Below are positions 12,780 through 26,075 of a stretch of 64,000 bases of DNA, piece after piece. Made by a program: the position numbers and the translations under genes. Source of the DNA: Sphyrna mokarran (lineage: Eukaryota); contig JAGIQG010000007.1 in NCBI GenBank assembly GCA_024679065.1, positions 77,004,001-77,068,000 of the forward strand. Reading direction: 5' to 3'. The notes below the pieces were generated by a model, which worked only from the letters and a program-made list of their open reading frames with translations, searched no databases and was not told the origin of the DNA. Within the stretch, counting starts at the first letter, position 1; every line of letters starts with the position of its first letter.

Positions 12780-14150
12780 GATGGGCAGCTGTTTGTCCAG
12801 TATTAATAATGGAATTCCAGTGCGGTTTCTGGGATGATTGTCTGTACCTTGCTCTCAATAGTTTTATTGTCTGAATTTGTTAATCTGCATGTTTCTAGTT
12901 GTAGTTAAATGAATAAATTAAAATATTTCACAACCCAGGAAGTTGACCATTTTGTTGTCAATATCCCTTACAAAATTTGAATTCACTGATCTCAACACTT
13001 CACTGCTGCTATTACTTTTACTGTGCAAGCATTCAAAACTGTGGTGCATTTCAGCCTCGTTCCTGCATTGTTTTGTACAAGTCATGTCATGTGGTAGAGG
13101 TGAAATATTTGGAATGTTTGTTGTTAAAGTACTGGATGGCAGAGCATCAGTGGGTCAAATGTTTTCTTCTGTTCTTACATGTTTACATTCACAAGAGTAA
13201 TAGTGAATATGTTTCTGATTTCCTTAAAGTGACTTGGATCTGTATTTTTTTAGCCATCTTTTCAAGTTAACATGAGTTCAGTGGGATATGCATCTAGTTA
13301 CTAGGATTATTTGTAAAGAGCAGTCAGAATAGGACATATAGGCTAGTGAAATGAGCACACAACTAGCTGCTGGAATTTAATCCAGTGAATTGTGAGGGGA
13401 TGTGTTTTGGCAGAAGGATGGGTAAAGGCAATAAAAGTTAAATGGCACAGTTTAAAAGAGTGTGCAGGAATCGTGAGGTTTAGAGGCTTATGGTGGAGGT
13501 AGCAGGATACTGAGAGAATGGTAGTGAATTTTATAGGACCTTGGGCCTCACAAAATAGAGGTTATTGAGGTAATGAGTACTAAAGTGGGGAATTTGTGCT
13601 GAACCTGTAAAACTCTGTTAGACCACAGTTAGAATACTATGTTCAGTTCTAGTTACCACACTTTTGGAAGAGTATGAGAATCCTTGAGTGCATGCAGTGG
13701 GGATTTGACAGCATGGTTTGAGAGATGAGAGGATTTATCTCTGAATAGATTAGAGAAGCTGGGATTGTTCTCTTTGGGCCAAAGAAGTTGCAAGGAGATT
13801 TTATAAAGGTGTTCAGGATTATGACATGTTTAGACAAGATTGACAACGCAAAAACTATTCCTATCAGCTAATGGTACAGGGACGAGGGGGCACAGATTTA
13901 AACTTTTGGGTAAAAATTGAACCGGAAGTGTGAGGAAGAATGTTTTTATGCAGCAAATGGGAATGACCTTGAACTTATTGTCTCTAAGAGTAGGTGAAAG
14001 CGAAGATGGTAAATGATTTCAGATGGAAATTGGATGGGATATAAACATACAAGGCTGTGAATATAGAGCAGAGCAATGGGACTGATTGGATTGCTCGACA
14101 GAGAATTGGCATGGATACCTCCTACATGATTGTAACTCTGTGACTCTATA
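12780..14150 (+). mobile_element. Decayed CR1 LINE 3' portion (RT C-terminus and tail), interrupted at ~12900-13310
   Basis: Motifs reading LVRPQLEY-VQF (ctgttagaccacagttagaatactatgttcagttc) and RLEKLGLFSL (agattagagaagctgggattgttctctttg). Confidence 0.8.
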
Positions 14151-14445
14151 AACTGAAAGTGTTAGGCCATTCCTACAAATATCATTTGAATTCTCCACCT
14201 TGTCTCTTTCTATCCCCTAACAGACCATTTTATGTACTGTTCAATTTTCCACCTATGCTTGGTTTTCTTTTTGTTTCTTGAATGCAAGGTACAGATTGTG
14301 AGCATTTTAAATTTAGATTCTTGAAACTCAGTGCAAAGTACTTTGAATCTTACCCTGATGCATTACATCTAATATAATTAAAACATTGGGTAATTTGGTC
14401 AAGAAAAAAACATGGACTAATGCATAATGAAAGTGAATTACTAAA

Positions 14446-15332
14446 TAGAACATAAGAAATAGATGTGGGAATAGGCCATTTGACCCATTGCATCTGCCCC
14501 ACCATTTAGTAAGGTCATTGCTGATCTGATTGCGGCCTGTTATAATCCTTAACTACAAGCCTGAGTTGTTGGTGAAATCCAGTTTATTTAAAGTAGAAGA
14601 AGTTTGAAACTCCAGACACTCGCTGATCACAAGGTTCCACAAGTTCTGAACAAAAGGGATCAGAAAGACAATATAATTTTGTACCCTAATCACAGAATCA
14701 TGGAATCATAGAATCCCTTAAGAAGGCCATTCTGCCCATGGAGTCCACAATCCTAATCACACCCAGATCCTATTCCTATAACCTCACATATTTACCCTGC
14801 GAATCCCCCTAACACTAGGGTCACATCATCTCAGTCTTCCTTTTGGGACCTGTTTTTTTCTCCTCTCCCCAATTTGGGAGTTCTCTCTGGCCCTCCCACC
14901 TTACTCCTGGCTGGGACACTTGCTAGCTTTGGTGCCCTGCATCCAGTCACCTGACCCAGTCTTTCATTCCCCAAAAACATAAAAGTGCTGATCTGCGCAA
15001 GGTCTGCATAAGTGTAAAGATTCTAAGAGTCGTCAAGAGTTGAAGTTCCCAACCTCTGAGCTCCATTTCATGGTAGGTTTGAGTTTCATAACCAGCTTCA
15101 GCTCAACTTTCCTGCTTGTTCCCCATAACTCTTGACTCCCTTGTAGATCAAAAATCTGACTCGGTTTTGAATAAATTAACGGATCCAGCTGTTGCTACTC
15201 TCAACACCAAAGAATTCCAAAGAATACTGGCCACCTCAGAGAAAAAAGTCCTGATTGGCGCCATCACAATGGAAAGATTTTTTATTTTGAAACTGTGCCC
15301 CCAGTTCTAGATTTGTCCAGGAGGGGAAACAT
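14446..15332 (-). mobile_element. CR1 3' end split by an LTR-like insertion (14538-15093), which itself holds a V-SINE tail (14688-14822)
   Basis: The CR1 tail gctgatctgattgcggcc resumes as agctcaactttcctgc..ccccataactcttgactccc after an insert bounded by TGTTATAA...TCATAAC. Confidence 0.65.
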
Positions 15333-15333
15333 T

Positions 15334-16395
15334 GGCCTGGATTTTCATCCTTGAGACAGGTAGTGGAAGTCTGGAAAATTCTCAGCTCAATCCACTTGTC
15401 TCAGCAGAAAGCGTCTGCAAAGACAGGATCTTCATTGATGGAGGATGGGTGTGAGCAGGAGTCAAACCAGCCAACATAGGATGAGGTTTAGAGGCTGCCG
15501 CAGGGTTGCTACTTGCAGAAGCAGGCCATTTTGATGCTGTGGGACTTCACCACAGTTAAAATAAAAACTGTCTTTACTCCTCATGCACTGCAAACACTCC
15601 CCATTCATGTCATCCTCTTTTTCCATCTCCTCTCACTCACACCTAAAGCCCCTTATGTCCTCTGCCCTTCCACTCACCCCTATGGCCTCCATGCCACGTT
15701 ATGGCATTTCTATGCCCATTGACCTACTATGTACTGTTTAGAACTAATGAACCCTGTATTGACAGTAGGACGTGTTTAAAAGAAAGTTTTAAAAAGTAAT
15801 TTATTTGTAACTTCTTCTGAGGTTGAAAGAAAACCATTTTACTACAAGCTACTAAAACGTGTCCATCATCCAACACTTTAAAATATCTATAACAAAAACC
15901 GTAAACCCTCGAAGCCACTCAACCCTTGTGTAAATAAACATTATGAAATTGACAGCCAGAAATCTGAGAACCTAAGTTGTCAATCAACAATGTTTTCTCT
16001 GGAGTAGGTTTCTTAGCATTCTTAAAGCTATCTGGACTCTCAGCCAAACATACATAATGGGACATTGCTGAGAGCCAACCTTAAGCTTGTCGAAGAAGCT
16101 GCATCGTAGCCATAACCTGGCACAGGAGTGGGGGGTGGGGTTAGGAACAAAATGATGGCACAGAATGGAAGGCTAGAGCTTGATGTGGGGGCATGAGGAG
16201 GCATGGAGGTGAGAGGAATGGAAGGGCTTGGCAAAGTAGTCGTGAGAGACCAAGGGGCTTGGATGGAATAATAGAGCTTAGCATTGGTGGTATGAAGGAC
16301 TATGAGCGGTGGATGAAAGGACAGCACTTGATAGAAGAGACAGAAGGGCATGGGGGTGGGTTTGTGGGAGTAAGGGATGATGGCAGAGCATTGCC
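15334..16395. mobile_element. TIR-type non-autonomous element (left end ggcctggattttc) with complementary pyrimidine-rich and purine-rich internal arms
   Basis: Terminus resembles other GG-ended elements. The ccatgcc-rich segment 15590-15720 mirrors the ggcatgg-rich segment 16150-16390. Confidence 0.45.
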
Positions 16396-16397
16396 TG

Positions 16398-16791
16398 GGG
16401 TAAAGTTAGTATGGCCAATCAATCTAATCACATATCTCTGGATTCTGGGAGGAAACCAGAGCATCCGGTGGAAATCCACACAGATATGGGGAAAATGTAC
16501 CAACTTATGTACCAACTGTGAATGGAATCGGCTGCCGTCGGTGGTGGTCGAGGCGAACTCGCTGGGTTCTTTTAAAAGACTTCTGGATGAGTATATGGGA
16601 TCCAATGGGATTGGGGGTTATAGATAGGTCTATGGCTGGGTAGGTTTTGATGTGTTCGGCACAACTTGTGGGCCGAAGGGCCTGTTTGTACTGTAGTGTT
16701 CTATGTTCTATGTTCACACAAACAGTCATCCAATGCCAGAATCAAACCCAGGTCCCTGGCACTGTGAGGCAACAGTGATAACTAACGTGCC
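16398..16791 (-). mobile_element. V-SINE interrupted by a + strand CR1 3' end (16518-16714)
   Basis: The SINE body ggaggaaaccagagca..aatgtaccaact resumes at cacacaaacagtca..gtgaggcaacagtg. The insert ends ggccgaagggcctgt..gttctatgttctatgtt. Confidence 0.85.
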
Positions 16792-16821
16792 ATTTTTTTT
16801 GCCTTTCCTTTCTAATCACTT

Positions 16822-17150
16822 AGTCATAGAGATTTATAGCATGGAAACAGGCCTTTCAACTCGTCAGTGTTGCCCAATTTTTACAACTTAGCTAGTCCCA
16901 ATTACCCTTTTTTGGCCCATATCCCTCTATACTCTTCTTAGCCATGTAACTGTCCAAAAGCTTTTTAAAAGACAAAATTTTACCTGCCTCTATTACTGCC
17001 TCATTCAGGACACTCACCCGACCCTGAGTGAAAATACTGCTCCTCTTGTTGTTAGTGCCTGCTAATCTTTTGTGATTCTTGTACAAGGATAGTCAGATTC
17101 CTCTGTACCTCAGCATTCTGCAGTTTCTCTCCATTTAAATAATATTCTGT
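16822..17150 (-). mobile_element. CR1 LINE 3' end fragment
   Basis: agtcatagagatttatagcatggaaacaggccttt tail; minus-strand ORF VIEAGKILSFKKLLDSYM resembles the CR1 ORF2 C-terminus. Confidence 0.8.
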
Positions 17151-17822
17151 CAGAAGAAATCAAACCAACCTAATCTCAATTCCCTCTTCCATTTCAATTC
17201 ATCTAATCATAAAAAATAACTGAACATGTCAGAAAAATTGAACGGTAAATAAAATCTATTAAGGGACAAAAAAGCAAAATGTAGAGAATTTAAATGGTTT
17301 GATGGATTACCCCATCACTTTGATAGATGAGTGCTCAGTGAAAAGATCAATTGTTCATCACATAGTTTGGTGTTGTCTTGTATGTAATGTTAAACTATTC
17401 CAATTAATATTCAGCACAAAGTTAGAGTTGGATGGGAGGGTGAAGGCACTGGCCTTATCACATGTTTACTTGTCCCATTGGGATTTAATTCTGTCCTCCT
17501 CAACTGTCAGAATATCTTGATGTCAGAGACCTCTCTGCTTTGGATCTGGGGGGCAGGAGGGAAATCCACGTTGTGGGCTGTATGATTGGTTTCCAGAATG
17601 TATTGAACTTTGGGCCATCCAATGCTCTTGTTTCCCCATGCTCAGCTGATTGTGGAACACTGACTTTGGTATACAGGATCCTCCATGAGAACCACATGGC
17701 CCATCATGAAACTGAGCATGTTCTCAGTACCAGATGCAGAACCTTACAAGAACTTTGGTGTTTGGGATTGTGTCCTGCCACATGATGCTGCAGGTAGATT
17801 TGAAGCAGCAGTGGTGGAATAA

Positions 17823-18141
17823 GGGGGCAACATGGTGGCATAGTGGTTAGCACTGCTGCCTCACAGCACTGGGGACCTGGGTTCAATTCCAGCCTTGGGT
17901 GACTGTCTGTGTGGAGTTTGTATGTTATCCCCATGTCTGCATAAGTTTTCTCTGGCTGTTGTGGTTTCCTCCTTCAATCCAAAAACGTGCAGGTTAGACT
18001 GATTGACCATGTTAAATTCCCCTTAGTGTCAGGGGCAGGCTAAATATGTAATGGCAGGATTAAATGATAGGGCCTGGGTGGGATTGTTGTCAGTACAGGC
18101 TCAATGGGTGGAATTCCCTCCTTCTAAACTATAGGAATTCT
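17823..18141 (+). mobile_element. V-SINE (HE1-like), full length with CR1-type tail
   Basis: ggtggcatagtggttagcactgctgcctcacagc, box B ggttcaattcc, V-domain and tail. Confidence 0.9.
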
Positions 18142-19557
18142 GTGTGGAAATGCTCTGACACCATTTGTTGTAGCTGATCTTTACCGTACAGTATTTTCAG
18201 TTTTTCTATCACTAATTATTAGTTGCATAAGGCATTAATTCTACAGTTCTTTCAAATTTTGCCTATATTTTTCAGGGCAGCATTCCACCTAATTTTATTT
18301 AAGAGTATCGTAAAAATAGGAATTCAGACACTCTTTGGTAATGGGTTTAAGCATTTTTTTCTCTCTTGAGTTGTGTTTATTTTTGCACCTTTGATGGTAA
18401 AATTCTCTACACTTCCTCTACCAGCACAGTCTCATTGTCTAGCTATCTGATGCTCCATGCAAAATGGCACAGAAATGCTTTCAATTCACAGGAGAATGTT
18501 CTGCAAGCTTTAAAGAATCCTACTGCTGTTACCTGTGCTGAGATGGCAGCCTCGAATACACTAACAATTGTCATTGTTACTCCCAGGCTAAAGTGGTCAA
18601 GAATGGTTTCTGATTGGAAAAGAAAGTGGGACTAAATGTATAAATAAATTTGATCCAGTTACAACCTCAAAGAGGAGTTCACCTTTGAATCAGTTCAGTG
18701 TCTGAGGTCTCTGACCAGATGAGCATAACATGGGAGTGAACAGCTCAGTTGGGTAAGGAAAGAAATAGGTCTCCAAAGGAACTGTACTTTTTCTTAAGTG
18801 TGGCATTTTCAAGCATTTTTATACAGTTACCATTCCTGTCTAAGTTTATTCCTTATCTTCTGAAGATGTGGACCAATGATAGAATATCATCGGGATTATC
18901 AGCTATTCTGTACCCCATGAGAGCAGTTAATCCACACAGGAAGATCTGAGTTTCCTCAAACCATTTGATTGTGATATAATATCACAGTCAGTGAATTCAC
19001 GTCTGCCTTTGATCTTCTTACAAGCGCGATACACATACAGGCATACGCATGCTTAGCAGGAGTGACTGGATGATTAGGCCAAGTGGGAATGATGAGCCTT
19101 TCTCATCGATGGATCTTGATGTGAATCTAATTCAGCACATATTAGGGATTGTATTTTGAGGCCCTGTCGGATACTGCAATAGAGGCAGGAAGAAAAGAAA
19201 ATGCCAGTGTTGGTTGGCATGCTGGTTTCCCAATGCCACTCCAAGCACTGGTGACTTTCAATAGGATGGGCAGAGGGCAGTTCTGAAATCCTACCCTGCC
19301 CGTTAACCATTCACCCAAGATGGTTGAAGAACTCACTAACAGTGGATTAAGTGATTTTGACAGGGACACATGGGTTGGATGTGCTGTTTGGAGAAGGCCA
19401 GGTGAATAGAGGTAGATTCACAACCAGGATCCATTCATGAGCACCATAGGGAATTCAGCATTCCCATGAAAGGATAAATGTGCACAGTGGAGTGATGGGG
19501 CATGCTTTTAATTGGGTATACATCATAATCTCTATACATCATAAGACAGGATCTGAT

Positions 19558-20432
19558 AAAACATAGAACGTTACAGCGTAGTACAGGCCCTTCAGCCCTC
19601 AATGTTGTGCTGACCAGTGGAACCAATCTAATGACCCTCTAATCTTAACTATTCCAATGTTATCCCCCCCCCCATATGCCTATCCACTGACCATTTGAAT
19701 GCCCTTAACGTTGGCAAGTCCACAACTGCTGCAGGCAGGGCATTCCATGCCCTTACTATATCTGAGTAAAGAACCTACCTTTGACATCCATCCTATTATT
19801 ATCAGCCCTCAATTTAAATCTATGTCCCCTCATGTTAGCCATCACCATTCGAGGAAAAAGGCTTCACTGTCCACCCTATCTAACTCTCTGATCATCTTGT
19901 ATGCTTCAATTAAGTCACCTCTTAACCTTCTTCTCTCTAACGAAAACAACCTCAAGTCCCTCAGTCTTTCTTCATAAGACCTTCCCACCATACCAGGCAA
20001 CATCCTGGTAAACCTCCTCTGCACCACATCTTTCTTATACTACAGTGACCAGAACTTTGTACAATACTCCCAAGTTTGGCCGCACCAGAGTTTTGTACAG
20101 TTGTAACATGATCTCACAGCTCCGAAATTCAATCCCTCTACCAATAAAAGCTAACACCCCATATGCCTTCTTAACAACTTATCAGTCTGGGTGCCAACTT
20201 TCAGGGATCTAGGCACATGTACACCGAGATCTCTCTGCTCATCGATACTACCAAGAGTCCTTCCATTAGCCTTATATTGTGTAATCCCGTTATTCTTTCC
20301 AAAGTGAATCACCTCACACTTTTCCACATTAAACTCCATTTGCCACCTCTCAACCCAGCTCTGCAGCTTACCCATGTCTCTCTGCAAACTGTAACATCCA
20401 TCCTCACTGTCTACAACTCCTCCGACTTTAGT
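19558..20432 (-). mobile_element. CR1 LINE 3' ~0.9 kb (RT C-terminus), frameshifted
   Basis: ORFs 20151-20477 (TKVGGVVDSEDG..LQRD..WQMEFNVEKCEVIHFG) and 19842-20027 (VQRRFTRMLPGM..YEERL..LFSLERRRLRGDLIEAYK); acatagaac tail. Confidence 0.93.
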
Positions 20433-20590
20433 GTTGTAACTATCAACTGTCATGTGATACAGCAGGAATGTGCTCATTGATCATGCAAGACATATTAATA
20501 AAAGCTTTTTGGCAGTGCACACATACATCTCTACCGGTGTAGAGCATCATTGATGACATACATATGACCATCAAGACACCCAGTGACACA
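20432..20590 (+). mobile_element. Possible short LTR (TGTTG...ACACA) followed by a TGG PBS-like sequence
   Basis: TG..CA ends, internal attaataaaagc, followed by atggtcagc; begins exactly where the CR1 fragment breaks. Confidence 0.35.
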
Positions 20591-23056
20591 ATGGTCAGCT
20601 TCGTCGACTGGAAGAGTTTCTGTTCCCTCCGTGTTCAACTGATTTAGTTTCCTTCATGTGTGTGCTCACTTTTCTGGCACTTTCCATGGTTCCTTCATCC
20701 TCCAGCAGTCCATCCAGCTGTAACTCTTCACTCCCACCATCCCAACCTCCATGGATGAACACTAGAGATCGAAGATTAATTCTTGAAAAGATGGCTATTA
20801 ACCCTTCTACATGAATCTGAGATAGAGATGCTAAAACCAAAGCAATCAACTCAGTAATGCTGTCAAGCAGGCCATTAGGCTATTGGAAGCAGTGCTGGTT
20901 TAGGAGGAATTGTCTGGGAAAGTCCTCTTGTAGCATTTGCCAAAATGAAATCTATTTGTCATCAGTACTTTCACAGAGCCCATGTCACCCAGCAACACCC
21001 CAGATATCTCCAAATAAAATCAATGATGCCATGACACTGCCAAACTCTTTCTATTTAATAAATCTTTTCTTGGCACATCCAACCAATGAAAATCACCAAG
21101 GAGCCGAAAGCAGTGATTTCCATAAAAGGAAGTTAGATCAAACTGTTCTTCAAAATGATGAAACATCAGTGTTTTCATTTCTGCTGGGAGGTAGGGGGTA
21201 GAGGAATTTCACTCTCAAAAGGAACACAATCTCCATTTAGAAATTGTAATCTTTTAATTCTAAAGGGAATTGCAATTTCTCCATCTTTACTCACTGGGTT
21301 TCACTGCAGACACCAGCTTGGTGTGTTGAGCACTTCATCCCTTCAAAATGATTCATCTGTACCACTGGGTTGCTATAATGTAACGCTGGTGATACGCTAA
21401 TACTCATGCAAATAGCAGCAGCTGAAATTGGTAAAGTGCCAGTGGATTTTTCACACCAGCCTGTAAAATTACCTTTTTCACCTCTTTGATGTGATAAGGA
21501 AGTGCAAAATCAAAGCAAATGCCAAGCCCTTGCTGAGGGACTAAACAGCATTTGAGCCACTCATTGCTGAGGCAGGCCATGCAGACTTCGACTGTGAGTC
21601 TCTCTGTGGATCAGACAGGCATGTAACAGCCGCTTTGTGCCACCTGCTATCTGTCACTTAATTAGCATAATCATCTAATTTCCAGTTGGAAATAATGGTG
21701 TCATGCACTTTTCTGTAATTGCTACTGTCATAATATATGCTGAATTATGTCACGCTTGTATTATATGATTAGACATTTCAGGGGGTGGCTAAGGCATCGA
21801 ATTCACACATCAGTACCTTTTGATCTTGGTCATGTTGCTTGCCAGCACAATAACTTCAGAAGCTTTTTGCATTTTGATAGTTGTACCATTACAGAATGTG
21901 ATAAGATGGGAAAATAATAAATTACAAGTTAATCTAAGATGGAGTGAAGTTTACATTTTTGTGTCTGCATTTATGATGAGACTTCTTAATTGTACAGCAG
22001 TTAAAATAACAGTGATATATCCCACATTCATTAGCTCATAAAGAATTTGCCTCGCATTAATGTGATGGTGATGATCATCAGCCATAATGAGGACTTTAAA
22101 TATTTACAGTATTAAGTAGTACGCCAATGGGTGAGGTGGAAAGGAGCAGATTATATGTATAAAAAAAAACTGATTCTTCATATAATTAGCTTGCTTGCAT
22201 TTTACTCTCAGGGATTACATCACAAGCAACCCAGAGGTACTGAATAAGTCAGCCTGAGGCAATTTTAACTTCAGTTGATCAGACATCACTGGGCATGGCA
22301 TAAAAAAGCAGCAAGTGAGACTTGCTGCTCACTGAGTGGCATCAGCTCAATAGTGTCAGTATAAAGGGACTTGTGCAATTCCATTATAATGGGTAACTAT
22401 GCTATATACACTGTAGACAAGGTGTCATGATTCCCAGATTTATATAGTTGTGCATGAATCATTGTTAATTCAGCACCCCTATATGCCTCATCGCAAATGT
22501 CTATGATATTATAATAAGTAGAACTGCCTTTCACCTGCTATTGTAACTCAACTAGAAGTTTAGGGCAGTAGTTCTCCATTATAGCAAAAAGAGCATGTTT
22601 TCTTTTTGAATGATGACTGATAGAAAACTACAATCAGATTCCAGCATCTGCAGTAATTTGCTTTCATATAAAAATCTGTGTTGCTTTGTTTGCACTGATA
22701 ATGAATTATGGAATTAAATATTCATCTGAGCTTCCTATTTCTCTGCGAAACAATAAACATTTGAACCAAGATGGCCGTGAATGAGTGCAATAAATTAATT
22801 TATTACCAGCAAAATGGCATTGTACAAATGTTTAACTTAGAGTACACATTGAGTGTAAAGACCTAAATAAACTCTGAATCAAAGCAGAGTGAGAGATTTC
22901 CTCATCTTTATTTTGTGCTTTGATACCAGACAACTGTTGTTAAAAACTCTTTGAACTTTCTCCCTAACATTTTCGCACATGTTTTAAACAATAACAAAGC
23001 TCACTGATGGCATATGTCAAGTCCAAATGTCTGACTGAACTGCAAAGGTATTGGGG

Positions 23057-23943
23057 GAGGGGGATTTTCAACTCATGTTCTCTATTAGAGAGAATGGTGA
23101 TGTGAACAGAGAATCCAGAGAGACTTGGGATACGCAATTTTCTCCGGAGAGATTGCACTTTCCAATTTTACCAGTGGCGACATCATAAGGTTAGCGCCCA
23201 CAAAGATCAGAAACTTCATTAAAATGGAATTACCTGAATTTAAGTATTATTAACTACCCTCCCCACCACATGATCCACCTCACTAAATATTCATAACTCA
23301 TCGACATGACATCGCAACAGTTTTGGCCAAATGAGAGACAATCAAATAGATCCCTCTGGAGGTAAAGGGGTAAGTATAGTCCTTAAGGGGGAGGAACAAA
23401 ATCAGGCAGTGTGCTGGCTCTGCCCTGGCACTTCCACTTGGCACAGGTTGGCACAGTGCCAACCTGTGCCGGGGGAGCCCTTGTGGGCGACCCATTGGGG
23501 AAGGGTGGTCATTTATGTGTATGTGTGTAGATGGGGATGGTGAGCAGGCACTGAGGGAGTAATGCTGACCATACTTGTTGAGGGAGAGGGAATGCAGAGA
23601 TACTTTTTGGGGAGGGGTGGATTTTTGGAGAAGGGAATGTTGGTGATGATTGTAGGGCAGACTAGGTGGGGTAGGGCCCCTGATATCTCTATGTTGGGAA
23701 GGTTTGTTTTATTTTCTGATTGGGGCACCGTTTAAAGATGGCCTCCTGATATCTGTGGAACCAGTCTTGTCGTGTCAAGGATATTTCATTCTGCCAGAAT
23801 GATAGCGTCAACCTTGTCCGCTCTTTTTTTAGTGTGAGAGGCTGAAGATCTAGAGAGGAAATTGATCTGTGAAGCTGAAGAGTTTCATGCTGTTTTATCA
23901 ATCTGAGCCTGACACTTGAAATATTTTAGTAAGATTCCACCCA
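23057..23943. mobile_element. Non-autonomous TIR element (ggggattttc...aagattccaccc) with central palindrome
   Basis: Inverted termini; internal gattgggg-cacc-tttaa-atggc-ctgatatc motif shared with 24590-25257. Confidence 0.65.
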
Positions 23944-24000
23944 AAGTTTAATAATTTATTCCCATGACAGAAAAAGATACCGGAAAGAGTATATCATTGA

Positions 24001-24306
24001 GGCTGCGTGGTGGCACTCTGGTTAGCACTTCTGCCTCACAGCGCCAGTGACCCGGGTTCGATTCCAGCCTCGAATAATTGTATGGAGTTCCTCCCGTATC
24101 CATGTGGGTTTCCTCTAGGTGTTCTGGTTTCCTCCTGCATTCCAAAGATATGTAGGTTAGGTTAATTAGCCAGGTTAAATTGGTGGCCAATGATATGTAG
24201 TTTGGGGAGATTAATGGGATAAATATATGGAGTTACTGACGTAGGTAAGAGAGAGTCCGTGCATACTCGATGGGCTGAATGACCTGCTTCTGCACTGTAG
24301 GGATTT
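24001..24306 (+). mobile_element. V-SINE (HE1-like)
   Basis: Head with ccgggttcgattcc box B, V-domain, and tail ctcgatgggctgaatg..ctgcactgtagggatt. Confidence 0.9.
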
Positions 24307-24589
24307 TAAGATTGTCCATCCTCGTTGCTTGAAAAAATGGTGAGCTTTTAGTAAGTGCAACTTGCAGTCTTTGTGCTAAAGTACAGTTATGATTATGGTA
24401 AGAAAGGAATCCCAAGAGTTTGATCTAGGAATGGTTTTAAAAAAAATGTAGTACATGTCCAAGTCGGTGTAACCTGGGGAGTACCCTGTGTTCTTATTTA
24501 CTTATTACCTTCTTGATGGTAGATTTCTCTGCAAAAGGAGATAAATTCAGTAATTTTGCTGCACAGTACCTGGCACTCATGGTGAACAG

Positions 24590-25257
24590 TGGGTGGGATC
24601 CTGATCCTACTCTCACCATCTGTGGAAATGGCGACAGGGCCTCAAGATCTGGCAAAATTTAGAAAGCTCGAATCTTGTCCGCTTTTTCCAATTTTTGCTG
24701 CCCATCACTGAGAGGATAATCATGGGTGTGAACCTGATTTCAATATGTCTTTAAGGTATTTGTATATAATCAAACACATCTCTCCCTCCCTGCCCTGTCA
24801 TCCATTGACCACTCACCATACTTTCTACACACTGGTGAGGTTTACAATAGATTCAGCAAGACATGGGGGGTGTGAGACGTGGAGTACTGACTTTGATCTT
24901 GAGGTGGGATGGAGAGGTGGGTGGTCATGGGGGGTCATGTTGCAAGGGGGAGTGTGGGCGGGGTGATGCCTGTTCTGATCACACGCAGGCAGAAAACCCT
25001 GAGACCTTGGCTGGGGGGTGGGGGAGGTGTTGATTGGAGATAAATTATTTTTGTCCTCAGATTGGGCCACCCTTTAAGTATGGCACACTGATATCAGTGT
25101 ACTCGGGCTTTTAATGTTTTGTCCTGCATGATGGTGTGAAACACATCCACATTCTTTTGATGGTGAAAGAAGGTCTGAAGAGAAAAATGGTGTGTTTCTT
25201 GTATGCCATTTTTCAGTCAGACCCTGACATTTTGCCAAATTCTGGTAAGATTGCCAC
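24590..25257. mobile_element. Non-autonomous TIR element related to 23057-23943
   Basis: gggtgggatcct...ggtaagattgccac ends and the shared internal motif. Confidence 0.6.
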
Positions 25258-25399
25258 TTTTGAGTTTAGTGGTAAGGATATGGCTTTTTCCTGGAAAACC
25301 TCAAGCATCTTGAGTATTGTTGTCACTGTACCCATCTAGATGAGTTATAAATATTTCAAAATATACTTGAGCCTTTTTAATGTGAAGAAATAGTGAGGG

Positions 25400-26075
25400 A
25401 TGAGGAAATGAATTACCTGCTGAAAAGTGTCCATCCATTGCCATATGCTTATAGCCTGTCATCTTGATATCACTGCTGTAATGAAGCACCTGATCAATGG
25501 TGACCCTCCCCGTATGCCAGTGATGGGCAGTTCAGCTTTGTTGGTGCCAAAGGTTAAATCTTTCTTCAGTTGGAGATGGTAATTATGTGGTACTTATGTA
25601 GTATTAATTTTTCCTGCCACTTGTTAATCTGTGTCTGAATGTTGGTGCTTCGTGTAGCCTGGCATGGTCACATTGTTATCAGAGGAGTTGTGTATGCAAC
25701 TCCAGTGAAGGATTATCAAAGATTCTCCCTCTTGATCTCATGTTGATGGGGGAAGTCTTTCATAAAGCAGTTGAAGATGGTTCGATTTAAGAGGTTGCTC
25801 GGACTGTCCCCAGCATTGACACTCTGTGACTGTGATGACTTGCCTCCAACAAGCAATTCCATCGGGTATGACTGCAGCTACTGGACAGTTTCCGTTTATC
25901 CCCATTTGACCTTAGTTTTGCAAGGGCTCCTTGATGTCTTATGTCGCTGAATACCATGTTGTTGTGAAGGAGACCTGCTGTCATCCCAGCGTTTACCTCT
26001 TGCCTGTACCAATATTGTAAAAAGTTCAGGAGCCTATTGGGTTTTTTTTAGAATATGTCCTGGATTTGGTCACAT
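25400..26075 (-). mobile_element. Decayed LINE RT fragment, same family as 44190-46285
   Basis: Reverse complement resembles the catcaagga..aaa..gtca..ggg segment of the 45.2-kb LINE; ORF fragment FSDIRHQGALAKLRS resembles the RT motif FDxVWHxGLxxKL. Confidence 0.6.
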
